From Craspedostauros australis (Eukaryota), in NCBI GenBank assembly GCA_030167865.1, contig JALAGF010006292.1, positions 62,001 through 91,576 on the forward strand: DNA of 29,576 nucleotides. Direction: 5' to 3'. Below the pieces are notes generated by a model. That model was not told the DNA's origin. It saw only the letters and a program-made list of their open reading frames with translations, and ran no database searches. The stretch's first letter is position 1. Each line of letters starts with the position of its first letter. Made by a program: the position numbers and the translations under genes. Positions 12,701 to 22,861 of the stretch are shown in pieces.

Positions 12701-14540
12701 AGTCTGTCAATGCTGATGTTCCGTACGGTGTCAAAACGACGATCGAAGTCAAGCTGAGCACTGTGTCGACGAATCCCAGCGCCCGATCGAGGAGAGTGTC
12801 CCACGAGAGCTGCTCTTCTCTCGTCATTTGCATGAAGGCGAGGCCGAGCCCAAAGCCAAGGCTGTTGGATGAAGTGTCTTGCTCGGAGTGGGTTGCTCCG
12901 GCTGTGTCTGTCGAAGAAGACATGGACATGGGCACCGAGGCAGGTGCAGATGCAGAAGTAGACGTGGTCGCGCCCATGGACGTGGCAGAAGTTTGGTTGG
13001 AAGAATCGAGGAGGAACGAGTTCAGCGTCGCTAGCGAGAAGCGAATGAGTGTGGGCAAGATACCCAGGTATCGGCCCTTGCCAACGCCAAGCTCGCTGAG
13101 AATGTTCGTGTGCCGTGCGACGCCTGTGAGAGAGCCGCCGATCCCTTCACGTCTCGCCACGAGCGCTGTGAGAGTTTCCACAGCCAGGACCCGCACTTCG
13201 TACGGGACCGTCGACGACTTGGCCAGGACGTGCAGCGCTCCTTTCTGAGACGTGGAATCCTTGTCCTCTTTGACGATGGCTGATGGCGAAGTTGATATTG
13301 AGGCTGATGAGACGGTTGGGCGCAACACATCTATCAATTCAACACACAGCTCAGGCTGTGCATGGAAGTAGCCCGAGACGATCTCGTGCGACGGATGAGC
13401 ATGGAGTATAGCAATCAGCGCACGCAGGCGCGTTTGGATGGCATCGACTCGCGTTGCTCGGGTGTGGAAGGATCGTGCGAGACGAAGTTCTGCCAGCAGA
13501 GCAAACAGCTGGTCTGCCGGGATGCTTGTGGATCTGCCCACCTTTTCCAGGCAGATGAAAAACAGCTCCGCTGTGGATCGAATACGTTTGTCCACAAGAG
13601 CGTGAGCTACTCTTCTTCGCTTCAACTTCTTCGCGGCACCGTCGTCGGAAGAGTCAGACTTGGCGCCTCCGTCTGAGGTGCTGCCGCCGCCCATGCCATG
13701 ATTGCTGTCGTCACCACGGGCTGCGTCGTCGTCAGCGACGCCACTGGAGGTTGAGCTGGTAGTTCGTACCGCGATCATTGATGATGAAAGCTGGATTCGG
13801 ACCAGGCGTGACTCGTCTTGGATGCTGTCATCTTGCTCGCTCTCGTCGACAGTCAAGGTATTGCCTCCGCCTCCGGCTTTGCTTTTACTCATACTGTTCT
13901 CGTTGCCGTTGCCGTTGCCGTCGCCAACATCCATCATGCTGTCATCTTCGTCGTTGCAAAAGAAGCTGAAGTCAAGCTCGCCCGCCTGCACGGGAAGAGC
14001 GCCTTGGCCGAAATCGGAATCATCGGCAGAAACACACGTCATGAGGCCCAGGCCTGAGCCTCTGGACCCCCACCCTCTGGCGAGAGCCATCAATCGTTTG
14101 TGCGGAGGTCCCATTGCGCTATGCAGCACGGTTGAGTGTTGGTGGCTGTCGGGTGCTTCCTGCTTGTACATTGGTGGGAGGGTGGACAGGAAGCACAACG
14201 CCTCCGTCGCAGTTGCGGCGATTTCGTCGTTCGCTGCTGCCAGGAGATCAACGAGTTCATCGACAGAGTTGAAGGGATTTTTGTTGGATGCATTTTTTAA
14301 CATGTTGATGAGAAAGCGAAGAACAGTGATAATGTCCTTTTGCACTGAGCTGGGCACAGAAGCGACATCCTCCAATGTGGTCGCGGCCTTTGGCTGTAGC
14401 TGTGGCAGGCTGGTCTTGAACATGACCTTTTTGTGGCGCTTGATTGGTTTGATGAGGAGGAGCGCGGGGTAGGTGTGCAGGCAATGTATCAGGAAGGCAT
14501 CGATGGCGTTGAGTGGGTGCACCCATTCCTGCAGGTCAAG
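702..14540 (-). CDS. HUWE1: HECT E3 ligase exon 2 (13,839 bp, 4,613 codons): ARM-like DUF908/DUF913 region, SH3-like insert, UBA, acidic tract, UBM repeats, start of the HECT domain
   Basis: Core of ORF 651..14564. Motifs: NKNPFNSVDELVDLLAA; UBA LTSLGAMGFNHDTALNAI; GWTDDGLP; LDPGVLAALPEDMRRE; HECT LRLQIRRKHVFEDAY, EEGVDAGGLSREFF, FRFVGRIVGKA, LLDAHFTRSLYKHMLG. Confidence 0.95.
3123..3500 (-). other. Ubiquitin-binding motif (UBM/DUF4414) repeats
   Basis: PAGIDLEAFNSLPLEMQQDIV; LDPGVLAALPEDMRREAIEQ; MDNASFIASLSPELRHEILTTAADSFLQSLPPEIIAEAQLLR. Confidence 0.88.
5461..5826 (-). other. Asp/Glu-rich acidic tract of the HECT ligase
   Basis: DDIIDDIDDEEDDDDDMSSSDD...DDDEDDDDDDDD. HUWE1/Tom1 carry a central acidic disordered region. 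Confidence 0.8.
9300..9431 (-). other. UBA domain of the HECT ligase
   Basis: FVPDAETLTSLGAMGFNHDTALNAILRARSNNTEVALNFALANP has the MGF loop and the N-x-E-x-A-x-x-F/W helix 3. Confidence 0.85.
10542..10757 (-). other. SH3-like beta domain inserted in the HECT ligase
   Basis: YRLRIVCSEGAVVRDGIEIDSCASVGNMEMSEITDAFDRCVNKCGVLRYRTSRGWVSEQTRGHGREPIAEVL follows the GA-x-VR...S-x-x-VG...GWVS pattern of SH3b-like folds. Confidence 0.55.
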
Positions 14541-14894
14541 CTGTGCACAGAATAGTATTTGCATGTGTTGATGTGCATGGTCGTTTTGGTCGGTGATGTT
14601 GGTGATTCATTTCATGGTACGAAAGCGCAGATGTGGACGCAATATGGGAAATATCAGGGTGTGAGAAGATGTTGTGTTGTGTTGTGCTGCGTTGTATTGG
14701 ATACTGGATGCTCGGTGAGCGGCGCCGATGTACGAGTATGCAGGGCGCAGCACGTTTGCGGCGGGCTGGCAACAAGAATGCACATGTGCGAGTACGGAAT
14801 GACAGCTGGAGGAGAGGCAGTTGCAGGAGATGTTGACCATGCCAAAAAAAAACGCACGACGGTGCAATCGTATCGAGTGGACGCAAGAATTTAC
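14541..14894 (-). other. Intron 1 of the HECT gene (354 bp, GT-AG, phase 0)
   Basis: Donor GTAAAT at 14894 and acceptor TGTGCACAG ending at 14541. The interior is low-complexity (an A-run, pentamer repeats). Splicing restores the conserved motif. Confidence 0.85.
14671..14695 (+). repeat. Imperfect (GTTGT)n microsatellite in intron 1
   Basis: gttgtgttgtgttgtgctgcgttgt. Confidence 0.7.
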
Positions 14895-15185
14895 CTGATC
14901 GTCGAAGGGCCACACCTGCCATTGCTCGCAGATGTTCACGAGCGCATCAATATCCAAAGGTGGTGGCACGACGGATTTTTCGTCGCCAGGCTGTTGCGTT
15001 GCCTTGCCATCACTGGTTGCATTTGCGCTTGCATTTGCGCTTCTGTTTGCGCTCGCACCCGGCTGTTCATCGAAGTCAGCGTCGAATAGGGTGATGGATT
15101 CAAGTTCGTGCTTGAGCTTGCGGAGACGATCATCGTGAATGACCTGCGAGGTGGTGCAAACCGTTGTCCCGTTGATCGGTGCCAT
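14895..15185 (-). CDS. HUWE1: HUWE1/Tom1/UPL1-type HECT E3 ubiquitin ligase, exon 1 (97 codons)
   Basis: ATG at 15185 opens MAPINGTT...EQWQVWPFDDQ, then donor CAG|GTAAAT at 14894. The phase-0 join to exon 2 gives WPFDDQ|LDLQEWVHPLNAIDAFL, matching the HUWE1/Tom1 N-terminal W-x-F-x(2-3)-DL-x-x-W-x-x-x-LN-x-x-D pattern. Confidence 0.85.
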
Positions 15186-16975
15186 GATGAGTGGTCAAAC
15201 GTGGTTCAGCGGGTATGGTACACGTGTGGATGGTCCGAGGAATAGTTGAGCGGGTCGGTGTGCAAATGGCTTGGCAGATGGCCGTCCGGCTGATGTATGG
15301 ATGTCTCGTTGTTGAACGAGGTGTGCAGTTGAAGTTACGCTCGCAGTTCCGGTTACAGTTGTTTTGGTGCTGTTGATCATGCGACTGGTAATCACGCTTG
15401 GGTCAATGGATGGATGGATGGATTGGATTCACTGGTATGGGTCCGTCACGGCTTCTGGTGAGGCGTACGAGTATCTGCTCGTATTTTCGCAACCAAACCC
15501 GAAAGCGAAAGTGCTTGGCAAAACTGAGGTTTGATGCGACCAACGAGACAGCGCCGTGCCTTGCTTCACGCACTTGTGTCGTTGATGATTCAAATACGGA
15601 TGTCGCGATGGTTTTGCTGAGCGCAGTGGTCGTAATACAATCGTCGCAATGCAGTCGTTGCAGCGCAGTGTCCTGTCCTGGTCCCACGGACGTGTCGGAT
15701 GGCGCAACTTGCCTCACAGGCTGTAGCTGTATCTGTGTCCAAATATAGTAGAGTCCCAGAATGGTGCGATAGAGTCGTTTGTGTGATTGCAGACACACCG
15801 TAAAGAAGAATGTCAAAGCGCTTCACTGGCGTGCAATGGCAGGCACTTTGTGGGCATGTACTATACCCGCAGGGTATGCTGCGCTATGTCCCGGTGCGGA
15901 TGCGAGCACTGCGTGTGTGTGGGTGCGTGAGTGAGTGCGTGAGCGAAACTTGGATCTTCCTTTTTTGTGCCTCTCAAACCCGCCTTGCCTTTTCGCAACT
16001 CTGTGCTACGACTACAGCTGTCACAAGAACGAAAGCAAAGACTCTCTGTGACTTTGTTGCACCCAAGTCGCTGCTTCTGTTGTGGCTGTCGGAGTGATGT
16101 TGTTGCTCTTGCGGCGCTCGATAGTTATCGTTGATGCTTCTTTTGCAGCTGATGCGGCTATCGTTGCTACACACTCTTCTTGTTTCGGTCGTTGTCTCTT
16201 TGCGATGTTCACGATTGTCGTCCGTGTGAAGAGAGGGGCAGAGAGGAACGAGAGTGTTGGCGACAACAAACTCCTGAGAGTCTCTGTGCGATCTGCGGCT
16301 GTTGCGAGCAACCTCGATTCTTCGCAGACGCTTCCTTTTTTTTGTGGTGAGATCTTCTTTTCTTTTCGTGTCTGTGTCCATCATCGTCTTGGCGGTCCTG
16401 TGACACGATCTGCATCTAATGGGCTGAAAATGTCCCATGCGACGTCAAGGCGACATCGAAAGAAGGCGTTTGGGAGTCAAGCGAGTCCCACTACATGGTT
16501 AGTCGAGCTTGTCGCCGCTGTCGTATTTCCAAACTATGGGGCCGTATCTAGAGAGAGAGTGAGAAGCCAAGTATGTTTGCTCCTTCTCACTTTCATTTCT
16601 TGGCGACAGGAACACATCATGAAGCAGTCGTTGGCACCAACACTGAGATCAGTCAGTACGAATGGTACATGCTCGCATACTCGCATACTCGCGCTCGTCT
16701 AACAGCACCCATCCATTTTTCCTCGACGTCCTGGCCCTGCTGCACCAACAAGTGAATGGAGCTATCGTCGTGTTGATCGCGAATGCCGCAGTCACGTTGA
16801 CTCGGGGAAGCCGACGTTCTTCGTGTTTCGTTGTTGGTCAGAGCATCGGCGAGATTGCGGAAACTGGGCGCAAACCGCGTCTCTATCTCTGTCTCTGCCC
16901 TCGACAGCATCGACAGCATCGACAACATTGACAACATTGACAACATCGACAACATCGACAGTATCGGCCAAGACG
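15186..16975. promoter_or_regulatory. Divergent intergenic region (5' UTRs and promoters of the HECT and GT15 genes)
   Basis: Lies between head-to-head starts at 15185 (-) and 16976 (+). Contains (GGAT)n near 15407-15428. Regulatory role inferred from position only. Confidence 0.45.
16902..16964 (+). repeat. 9-bp minisatellite, 7 copies (YGACARYAT)
   Basis: cgacagcat cgacagcat cgacaacat tgacaacat tgacaacat cgacaacat cgacagtat, ending 11 nt before the GT15 ATG. Confidence 0.9.
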
Positions 16976-18847
16976 ATGGCGATACCAGATCGAGTGACAA
17001 GGCATGGTGCGACGGCCGCAGACGGTGATGGTCGTAATCGACGCCAACGGCGGAAGGGATGCTTCGGATCGCTGCAGATGCTCATTCGGGTGGGATTCCT
17101 CATCAGTTTTGTGCTGACGATCTTTCCTCTTCTATTTCTGCACAGCACTCTGTCACGTACGCAAGTCACATCGCACATGCATCCAAACGCAAACGCTCAC
17201 GCAAATGCCCAGGCCAATGGAAATCGGCGTCACGCACCGGCGGAGAGTCCGAGATCGCTTTCCCAGCCATCCCCAACTGGGCACAACCACCACACCAATC
17301 CTCTCGGCGCAACAGCTTCCAAAGCACAGGATGCATCGCCTCTGAAAAGAACAAGCATAGCACGGGTGATACCGCGAGACCGCTCCAATGAGGACCAACA
17401 AGACATGCTGTCCAAGTCCGTAACTCCAAATGACTTGCTCAAACTGAGAAACGACAGCGGATGCGAGGTCTACTCCAACAGCAGTAGCAACAGTAGCAGT
17501 GGCGGTAGACATGACACTGGCACTGACACTGACGCTTCTGCTGCAGATCGACCATTGCATCCAAACAGCACTGATGCTTCCAGATTGCCGACGGGGCTTG
17601 TCGTGACGCTGCTGGCTGCCCCGAAACAGAGACACCTGCATTCGCACTCCTTCCTGCTTGCCTGCTCAAACATTCCCAACCAGCTCACGTACTTCGTCGA
17701 GCCGCAGGGGATGGACATGCTGATCGTAGTCGGGGACGATGGTGGCGTGGATGACTTGTGGACGGTGCAAGGGTTCGCCAACTGCATGGGCTTGCAGGAA
17801 CGAAAGACTTCGTCACGAGCGAGCGCCGCGGATGAAGCCCAATCATTGCAACGCACATGGACGAATATAGATGGGAGCACGATGTCGGCCACGGCGTACG
17901 GCCTCGACGGCTTCAGATCGACAGTCTGGATGACCCTGTCCGAGATGGCGTACCCGCAATATATCCTGCGCAACGTGACGCTGATGAGCGATCCCATCGA
18001 GCCGAAACACTGCCAGGCACCGTCTGAGTACATCCAATCCACCAGCTGGTACGCCAGGCAGATGCTGGAACTTGGCATACTGCAGGACTATGACTACTTC
18101 CTCAAGGTCGACAATGACATCATCTTCATCGCGCCGGTGCCATTCTACATACTCCAGGACATGCACATGAAGGGAGCCTATTTTGGGCATTCGGCAGAGT
18201 ACTTCCCGGCAGGGTCAGGCACGTGCGGCCTGGGCATCATGGCAGCCACTGCGGACTTCTTGGATGATTGGTCCGAAGGTAAGCGGTTTCACATCCCTTC
18301 GTCCCACCAAGCCCATGCGGTGGCGAGAGAAAGATCCAGATCGGCGCAAACGCAACAAAAGTGGAAGGGAAAGTTCTGCTCGCCGACCAAAGACTTTGAT
18401 CGCAACACGGACCTCTTCTACACCAACTTCATCATCGGGCGTGTCAGCTTCTGGCAATCCCCGATGGTGCTGCAGCTATCAAACTACCTCAGCGAGTACC
18501 CGAAAGGGTACTTCAAGCACCGTTGGACGGATCAGATATTCTGGCACCGCGCCATGGGGATGCTCCTGTACGATTACCGCTCCTTCCTCGCCGATTATAC
18601 CCGCCTGCGCTGCATGCCGAATCCCACCTGCTGGCTGTCCAGCATCCTCCGGAAGAAGTACGGCGAGAATTCCACGCACCGATGCGACAGCGGCGGCATG
18701 TTCCTGCACCCCAAGGACTTCATGGTGGACAAGGCGATGTTTGCTCCACCGCCCGCTTCGCCGCGCACGGAGCATCTGCTGTGGGATGATAACCAAGTCC
18801 TGTTCACGAAGACGTACACTCACAATTGCAAGGGTCCGACTGTATAG
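16976..18847 (+). CDS. Glycosyltransferase family 15-like (Kre2/Ktr/Mnt alpha-1,2-mannosyltransferase fold) type II membrane protein, 623 aa, single exon
   Basis: First in-frame ATG is 16976 (the ORF track starts at GTG 16823). Basic cytoplasmic tail RNRRQRRK, TM LIRVGFLISFVLTIFPLLFL, low-complexity stem. GT15 motifs: SWYARQML..LQDYDYFLKVDND, DMHMKGAYFG, FYTNFIIGRVSFWQSP, GYFKHRWTDQ. Confidence 0.8.
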   Translation: MAIPDRVTRHGATAADGDGRNRRQRRKGCFGSLQMLIRVGFLISFVLTIFPLLFLHSTLSRTQVTSHMHPNANAHANAQANGNRRHAPAESPRSLSQPSPTGHNHHTNPLGATASKAQDASPLKRTSIARVIPRDRSNEDQQDMLSKSVTPNDLLKLRNDSGCEVYSNSSSNSSSGGRHDTGTDTDASAADRPLHPNSTDASRLPTGLVVTLLAAPKQRHLHSHSFLLACSNIPNQLTYFVEPQGMDMLIVVGDDGGVDDLWTVQGFANCMGLQERKTSSRASAADEAQSLQRTWTNIDGSTMSATAYGLDGFRSTVWMTLSEMAYPQYILRNVTLMSDPIEPKHCQAPSEYIQSTSWYARQMLELGILQDYDYFLKVDNDIIFIAPVPFYILQDMHMKGAYFGHSAEYFPAGSGTCGLGIMAATADFLDDWSEGKRFHIPSSHQAHAVARERSRSAQTQQKWKGKFCSPTKDFDRNTDLFYTNFIIGRVSFWQSPMVLQLSNYLSEYPKGYFKHRWTDQIFWHRAMGMLLYDYRSFLADYTRLRCMPNPTCWLSSILRKKYGENSTHRCDSGGMFLHPKDFMVDKAMFAPPPASPRTEHLLWDDNQVLFTKTYTHNCKGPTV

Positions 18848-18948
18848 CCCAGGAAGACGTAGCTGTGGATGTATTCTTTCAAGAGAGTACGTACGTATTG
18901 CCGCACGTGCAAGTGCATGCATAGTCGTAGGCACCGACGTTATTCTAT

Positions 18949-18985
18949 TCTCTCTCTTTCTCCAGAGAGAGAGAGAGAGAGAGAG
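18949..18985 (+). repeat. TC tract followed by (AG)11 microsatellite
   Basis: tctctctctttctcc agagagagagagagagagagag. Confidence 0.85.
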
Positions 18986-19365
18986 TCGCATTTTTTAACT
19001 GCATATGCAGGCTACACAAATACAAAGACTGTATTGTCACGAATGCATCATCGCGTTGACCTTCACGTTCTATCGATTATTTCTATTCTTTCATTGTGCG
19101 TGTCGGTCTTGCCTTCCATGGACACACGTTGTATTGCACACAGTCATGCCATGCTATCCAGGATTCCAAAGTACTCGTAGTTTGGTTCGCGCGTCTGCTG
19201 ATCAGCACTCGCGGCGCATCTGCAAAGACGCTTGCGGTTTGCGTGCGACAAATCATAGGTTTGTACGAGCCATGATGGAGCGAAGGCAAGAGTAGAGCAC
19301 TCCAGAGCATTCTCACCCGATCGACGGAAAGCACGAGAGCCCACAGCAGAGCGCAACTACATACT

Positions 19366-21277
19366 CTAGTAGAAGCTCGCTGGGAAAGTCACCGTTTGCG
19401 GGGAGAAGGTTGGTGGGTGTGAGAATGCTGGATCCTCAATGCCACCGTCCTCCCGGATGATGACCGGCTCGTAGGATCGCTGCGAGTGCACGTGTGGGGC
19501 GCCGCTGCTCGCTTCTTCTCCCATCCACTGCCCTGGTGTTAAGTAGCTTGGAGGTGGAATGTGGTAGATCTTGGGAGCGTCCATGTCGACCTGATTCTCG
19601 GACCATGACATTGATCCGTGGGTGTTGTGGCTCTGCTGATGATCGTAGGTGTACTGGTACTGGTAATGGTGCGAGTAATGCGCCTGATATTGGTTGTGCT
19701 GCTGCATCTTGTCGCCTCCATACGGTTGGCTTGGAAATCCCTGAGGCAGGCCAAAGTCTTTGTCGACGTACAGGGTCGTCTTTTCTTCCTCATGCTGCTG
19801 TCCCTTGTTGTCGGGTTTGGCAACGGGAAAGACGTCAGGATCTTGATAATGGACCGTCGTTCCGGTTCCAGCTCCTTTTGCAGCATCGCTGCCATTCGCA
19901 GTATCCGTCCTGGACCTGCCGTCGCTGCCATTGGTGTCGGAATACAAGACTTCGGTCGTCTGCTGCGGCACGTCGGCCTCGTCTGCGCTCACTTCACGTG
20001 CGGACATACCCTGGCCGACGGCTGGGTGCTGGCTGTCGTTAGGACGATGCTGCGGCGTATCGCGCGGTGCCGGAAAGTTGGTGTTGGGACCATCATCACG
20101 ATAGGCGTACTGCGCATTGCTCCAGAGCTGTGAGCTTTCTATTTGATGCTGGTATTCAGCGCTGCGTCCCGCCATGGAGTTCGGTGCTTCGTCATCCTCG
20201 CTGGAGCGGTAGATGTGGGCAGGGAACGAAGGTGGCATGACGTGCATGCTTCCCGATCGTGACCCTCTCGTTGGTTGGTCGTCGGTATCTTCGTATAGAG
20301 ATTGGAAGTCGTCCAAGTTCTCCAACGGCATTGATCTGCCCTTTCCCCAGCACTGGTCACGACCAACGCGGTCTTGCGCGGCATGGTAATGCCTCTCTCC
20401 GCCGACAGAGGCTTCGGTGGCACTGATACCAGTGGCGTTGGCTGAATCAGCACGGTTGTGGTTCTTGTCATCACCGACGCTGTCGGCGACGCTTCGTGCA
20501 AAACCTCGTACACTCTGCAGATCCGCAGCCATCGTGATATCGTCGTCCAGATCGTAAAAGTCGCCAACCTCCACCGTCTGCCCCACCATGGACGGTGGGA
20601 TGCCGTCATCTGCAGCATCGTCCTCGCCGCCTTCATTGTCACCGAACATCTCCATCTCGAGCTCCCTGTGGAAGTTCTCCATCTCTCTGACCGACGGCGT
20701 CGTCTTGTCTGTCATTGTTCGTCCGGCTGTGGACATGGCATCATTTTCTGGTGTGTTCATCGGCGATCGCACGCACGAGTCCATCGGCGACGTTCGGACG
20801 AAATTGGAAACCTCCACCTTGACATCGAGCTGTTCCAGCTGATCATCGTTCTCCGGTTCGATCTCGACGCGACGCTTGGGCGATCGCATCTGCGACAGCG
20901 TGCGTTCCTCTACGAACTTGAGGCGGCTGAATGCCTCGGCCGCCATGTCCGCCTGCTCCCGCAGCTGCTTGACCTTGTCACCGGTGCTGCGTCTGAGGAG
21001 GAGGGTCCTCTTGAGCATCTTGGTCGCCGTCTCGAAGGCTTCTTCGATCTTCTCGAGTTTGCCCAGGTTGGTGACCGTCTGACGTCGCTGGCTCTTGACC
21101 CTTATGTTGCTGCGGATGGCGTCGACGATGTCGTTGAAGGAGACACCCCATTGCGTGAGAATGAATTCTCGTTCCCCGCGAGACAGCACCAAATCACCCT
21201 GCACGCGCCGTTCCGGTTTCGTGCCTTCATACGTTTCGAGTGGGATGATGCGTGCTGGTGAGTAGGTCCATCCAAGT
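19366..21277 (-). CDS. RVxF/GDNPS-motif protein, exon 2 (spliced product 936 aa)
   Basis: LGWTYSPARIIPLETYEGTKPERRVQGDLVLSRGEREFILTQWGVSFNDIVDAIRSNIRVKSQRRQT, a coiled coil, then a long disordered tail to TAG at 19366. Corresponds to ORF 19366..21402 from codon 43. Confidence 0.82.
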
Positions 21278-21756
21278 CTATCGTTGTTGTTGTCGTTGTC
21301 GTTGTGGGGCGGTGATGGCGATGAGCGTGCGCGATCCAATTTGGGGAAGGCACAGGTGTCAACAAGGGTGAACACATTGTGCACATCAGTATTAGTACGC
21401 ACAGCGCAGGCATCGCGACCATGATGTCAGCAACAAGTTGGATGATATGTAAGGGGATAAGCAATGGTGAGAATGATGTTGGTGCTGTATGGGTACGGCA
21501 TGGAAAGAGCAAACAAGTGGAATACTCTCTACTAATAGGGAGAGAAGAGAGAGAGAGAGAGAGCAGCGTAGTCTGTATCGGTTGACGCAAGCGCATGCGC
21601 ACAATGTGCGCAAACATGGTCACTTGTAGAGTCACCCCACGAAGAAACGGTCTTCGAAATCAGGAATGCCATCAACAGCAGAGAACGCCATCAACCCGAA
21701 ATCAAAGCAAGACGAGAGTGGAGAGGAAAACAGAGCTGCGGTGACAAGGGACGTAC
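21278..21756 (-). other. Intron (479 bp, GT-AG, phase 2) containing a GA/TC microsatellite near 21540-21562
   Basis: Donor GTACGT and acceptor ACGATAG. The join GG+A gives GPPIG-LGWTY and completes the conserved motif. Confidence 0.82.
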
Positions 21757-22655
21757 CCAATTGGCGGTCCAGCGCTGCAGCTGGGATTGTCTCCAACGAT
21801 GCGATGGTAGTCTCTGAACTCCACATTGCCGAAGCGCACCGACTTCTTGGGAGCGTCCGGAGTTGCAACAGTCGAGGCGAGTGATTTTGACCTCCTCGGT
21901 GACACCTCCGACGAATCGGAGCTGGTGGAGACGCTGGGTTCTCCGTTGGAAGCGTCGGACCTGTCCACGCGCGCTGCTCGGCCGCCCCTTCTGCTGCCGG
22001 ATCTGCTGGATTTGCTACTGAGCCCGGATCTCGTGCTGGAGTCCTGGTTGTTGCCCATGACCCACGGTCGCGGCGATAGCTTGCGCGTGAGCTTGTGCAA
22101 CACCGTCTGCTTCGAGGATCCCTTGCTTTCGCTGGTAGGCTGCGAGGCCGCCGTCGTTGCTTGCGGCTGCAGCGAGGCACCGCTGGATCTGCTGCTCTTG
22201 GAATCTGCGATGGAGGCGAGGTTAGAACCGGTGATGCTGCGATCCGAGGCGGATGTCCGCAGGCAGCTTCTGAGTCCTGAGTCCGCGTTCCGCGTGGGAG
22301 CGGCGCCCTTCTGCTGCCTCCATCGCTGCTTCCATCCCATCTTGATGCCGTTGCTGCCGTCGCTGTTGCGTCTTTGCTGTCTGCGGTCTGGTCTCAGCGA
22401 TTGCATTGGTTTGTGGCCTTGCGCTGTTGCTTGCGCGTTCGTCTGCGATTGAGTCTGCGTCTGAGGAGTTACCGGAGCCAACGGTGACGTCTGTGCCTGG
22501 CTGTGCACCTGATCTTTCGCCCGTCGCTGTTGTCTTGCACCAACACTAGTACTCGTACTCGTACTCGCGCTCGTATTTCTATTGGTATTCTGCGGAATGC
22601 TGGTGGATTGCGCTTTGCTCTTGTGCTGCCCCACCTGCCGCCTCCCGTTGTACAT
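21757..22655 (-). CDS. RVxF/GDNPS-motif protein (CSRNP-N-like, candidate PP1-interacting protein), exon 1
   Basis: ATG at 22655 (MYNGRRQ). Disordered S/Q/R-rich N-terminus with LRSCLR, then KKSVRFGNVEFRDYHRIVGDNPSCSAGPPIG and donor GG|GTACGT at 21756. Confidence 0.78.
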
Positions 22656-22802
22656 GTTCGTTCTGGAGAGCAGATCAGTTGCCTTCACTCTCCACTCTTC
22701 GCTCTTGGTACCAACCAGTTGGAGTAATCTCTGGAGAGAGAAAGAGAAAGAGAGAGCAGGGTGATTGAAAGTGCGTCGTGTCGCTTGATTGCAGTTGCAC
22801 TG

Positions 22803-22861
22803 CTTGAATCTGCTTCAGTCCGCCGCAGCCTGCTTCAGCTTCCTTGAATCTGCTTCAGTCC
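22803..22861 (+). repeat. 19-bp direct repeat CTTGAATCTGCTTCAGTCC x2, with a third CTGCTTCAG between the copies
   Basis: Copies at 22803-22821 and 22843-22861. Confidence 0.8.

Noticed and set aside
54..14472. Many plus-strand and off-frame ORFs over the HECT gene (e.g. 54..560, 741..1373, 5857..6636, 13702..14472)
   Set aside because: Antisense or frame shadows of a GC-rich, codon-biased coding strand; no independent motifs.
14541..14564. ORF-track start MQILFCAQ for the 4637-aa protein
   Set aside because: Lies in the 3' end of intron 1; the upstream exon supplies the conserved W-x-F motif.
15974..16438. Basic ORF with KKRKRLRRIEVARNSRR, resembling a bZIP basic region
   Set aside because: Lacks the invariant Asn of N-x7-R and has no leucine zipper; explained by T/C-rich plus-strand intergenic sequence. 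An upstream ORF cannot be fully excluded.
16902..16964. Tandem array considered as CRISPR-like
   Set aside because: Contiguous 9-mers with no spacers, eukaryotic context, no cas genes.
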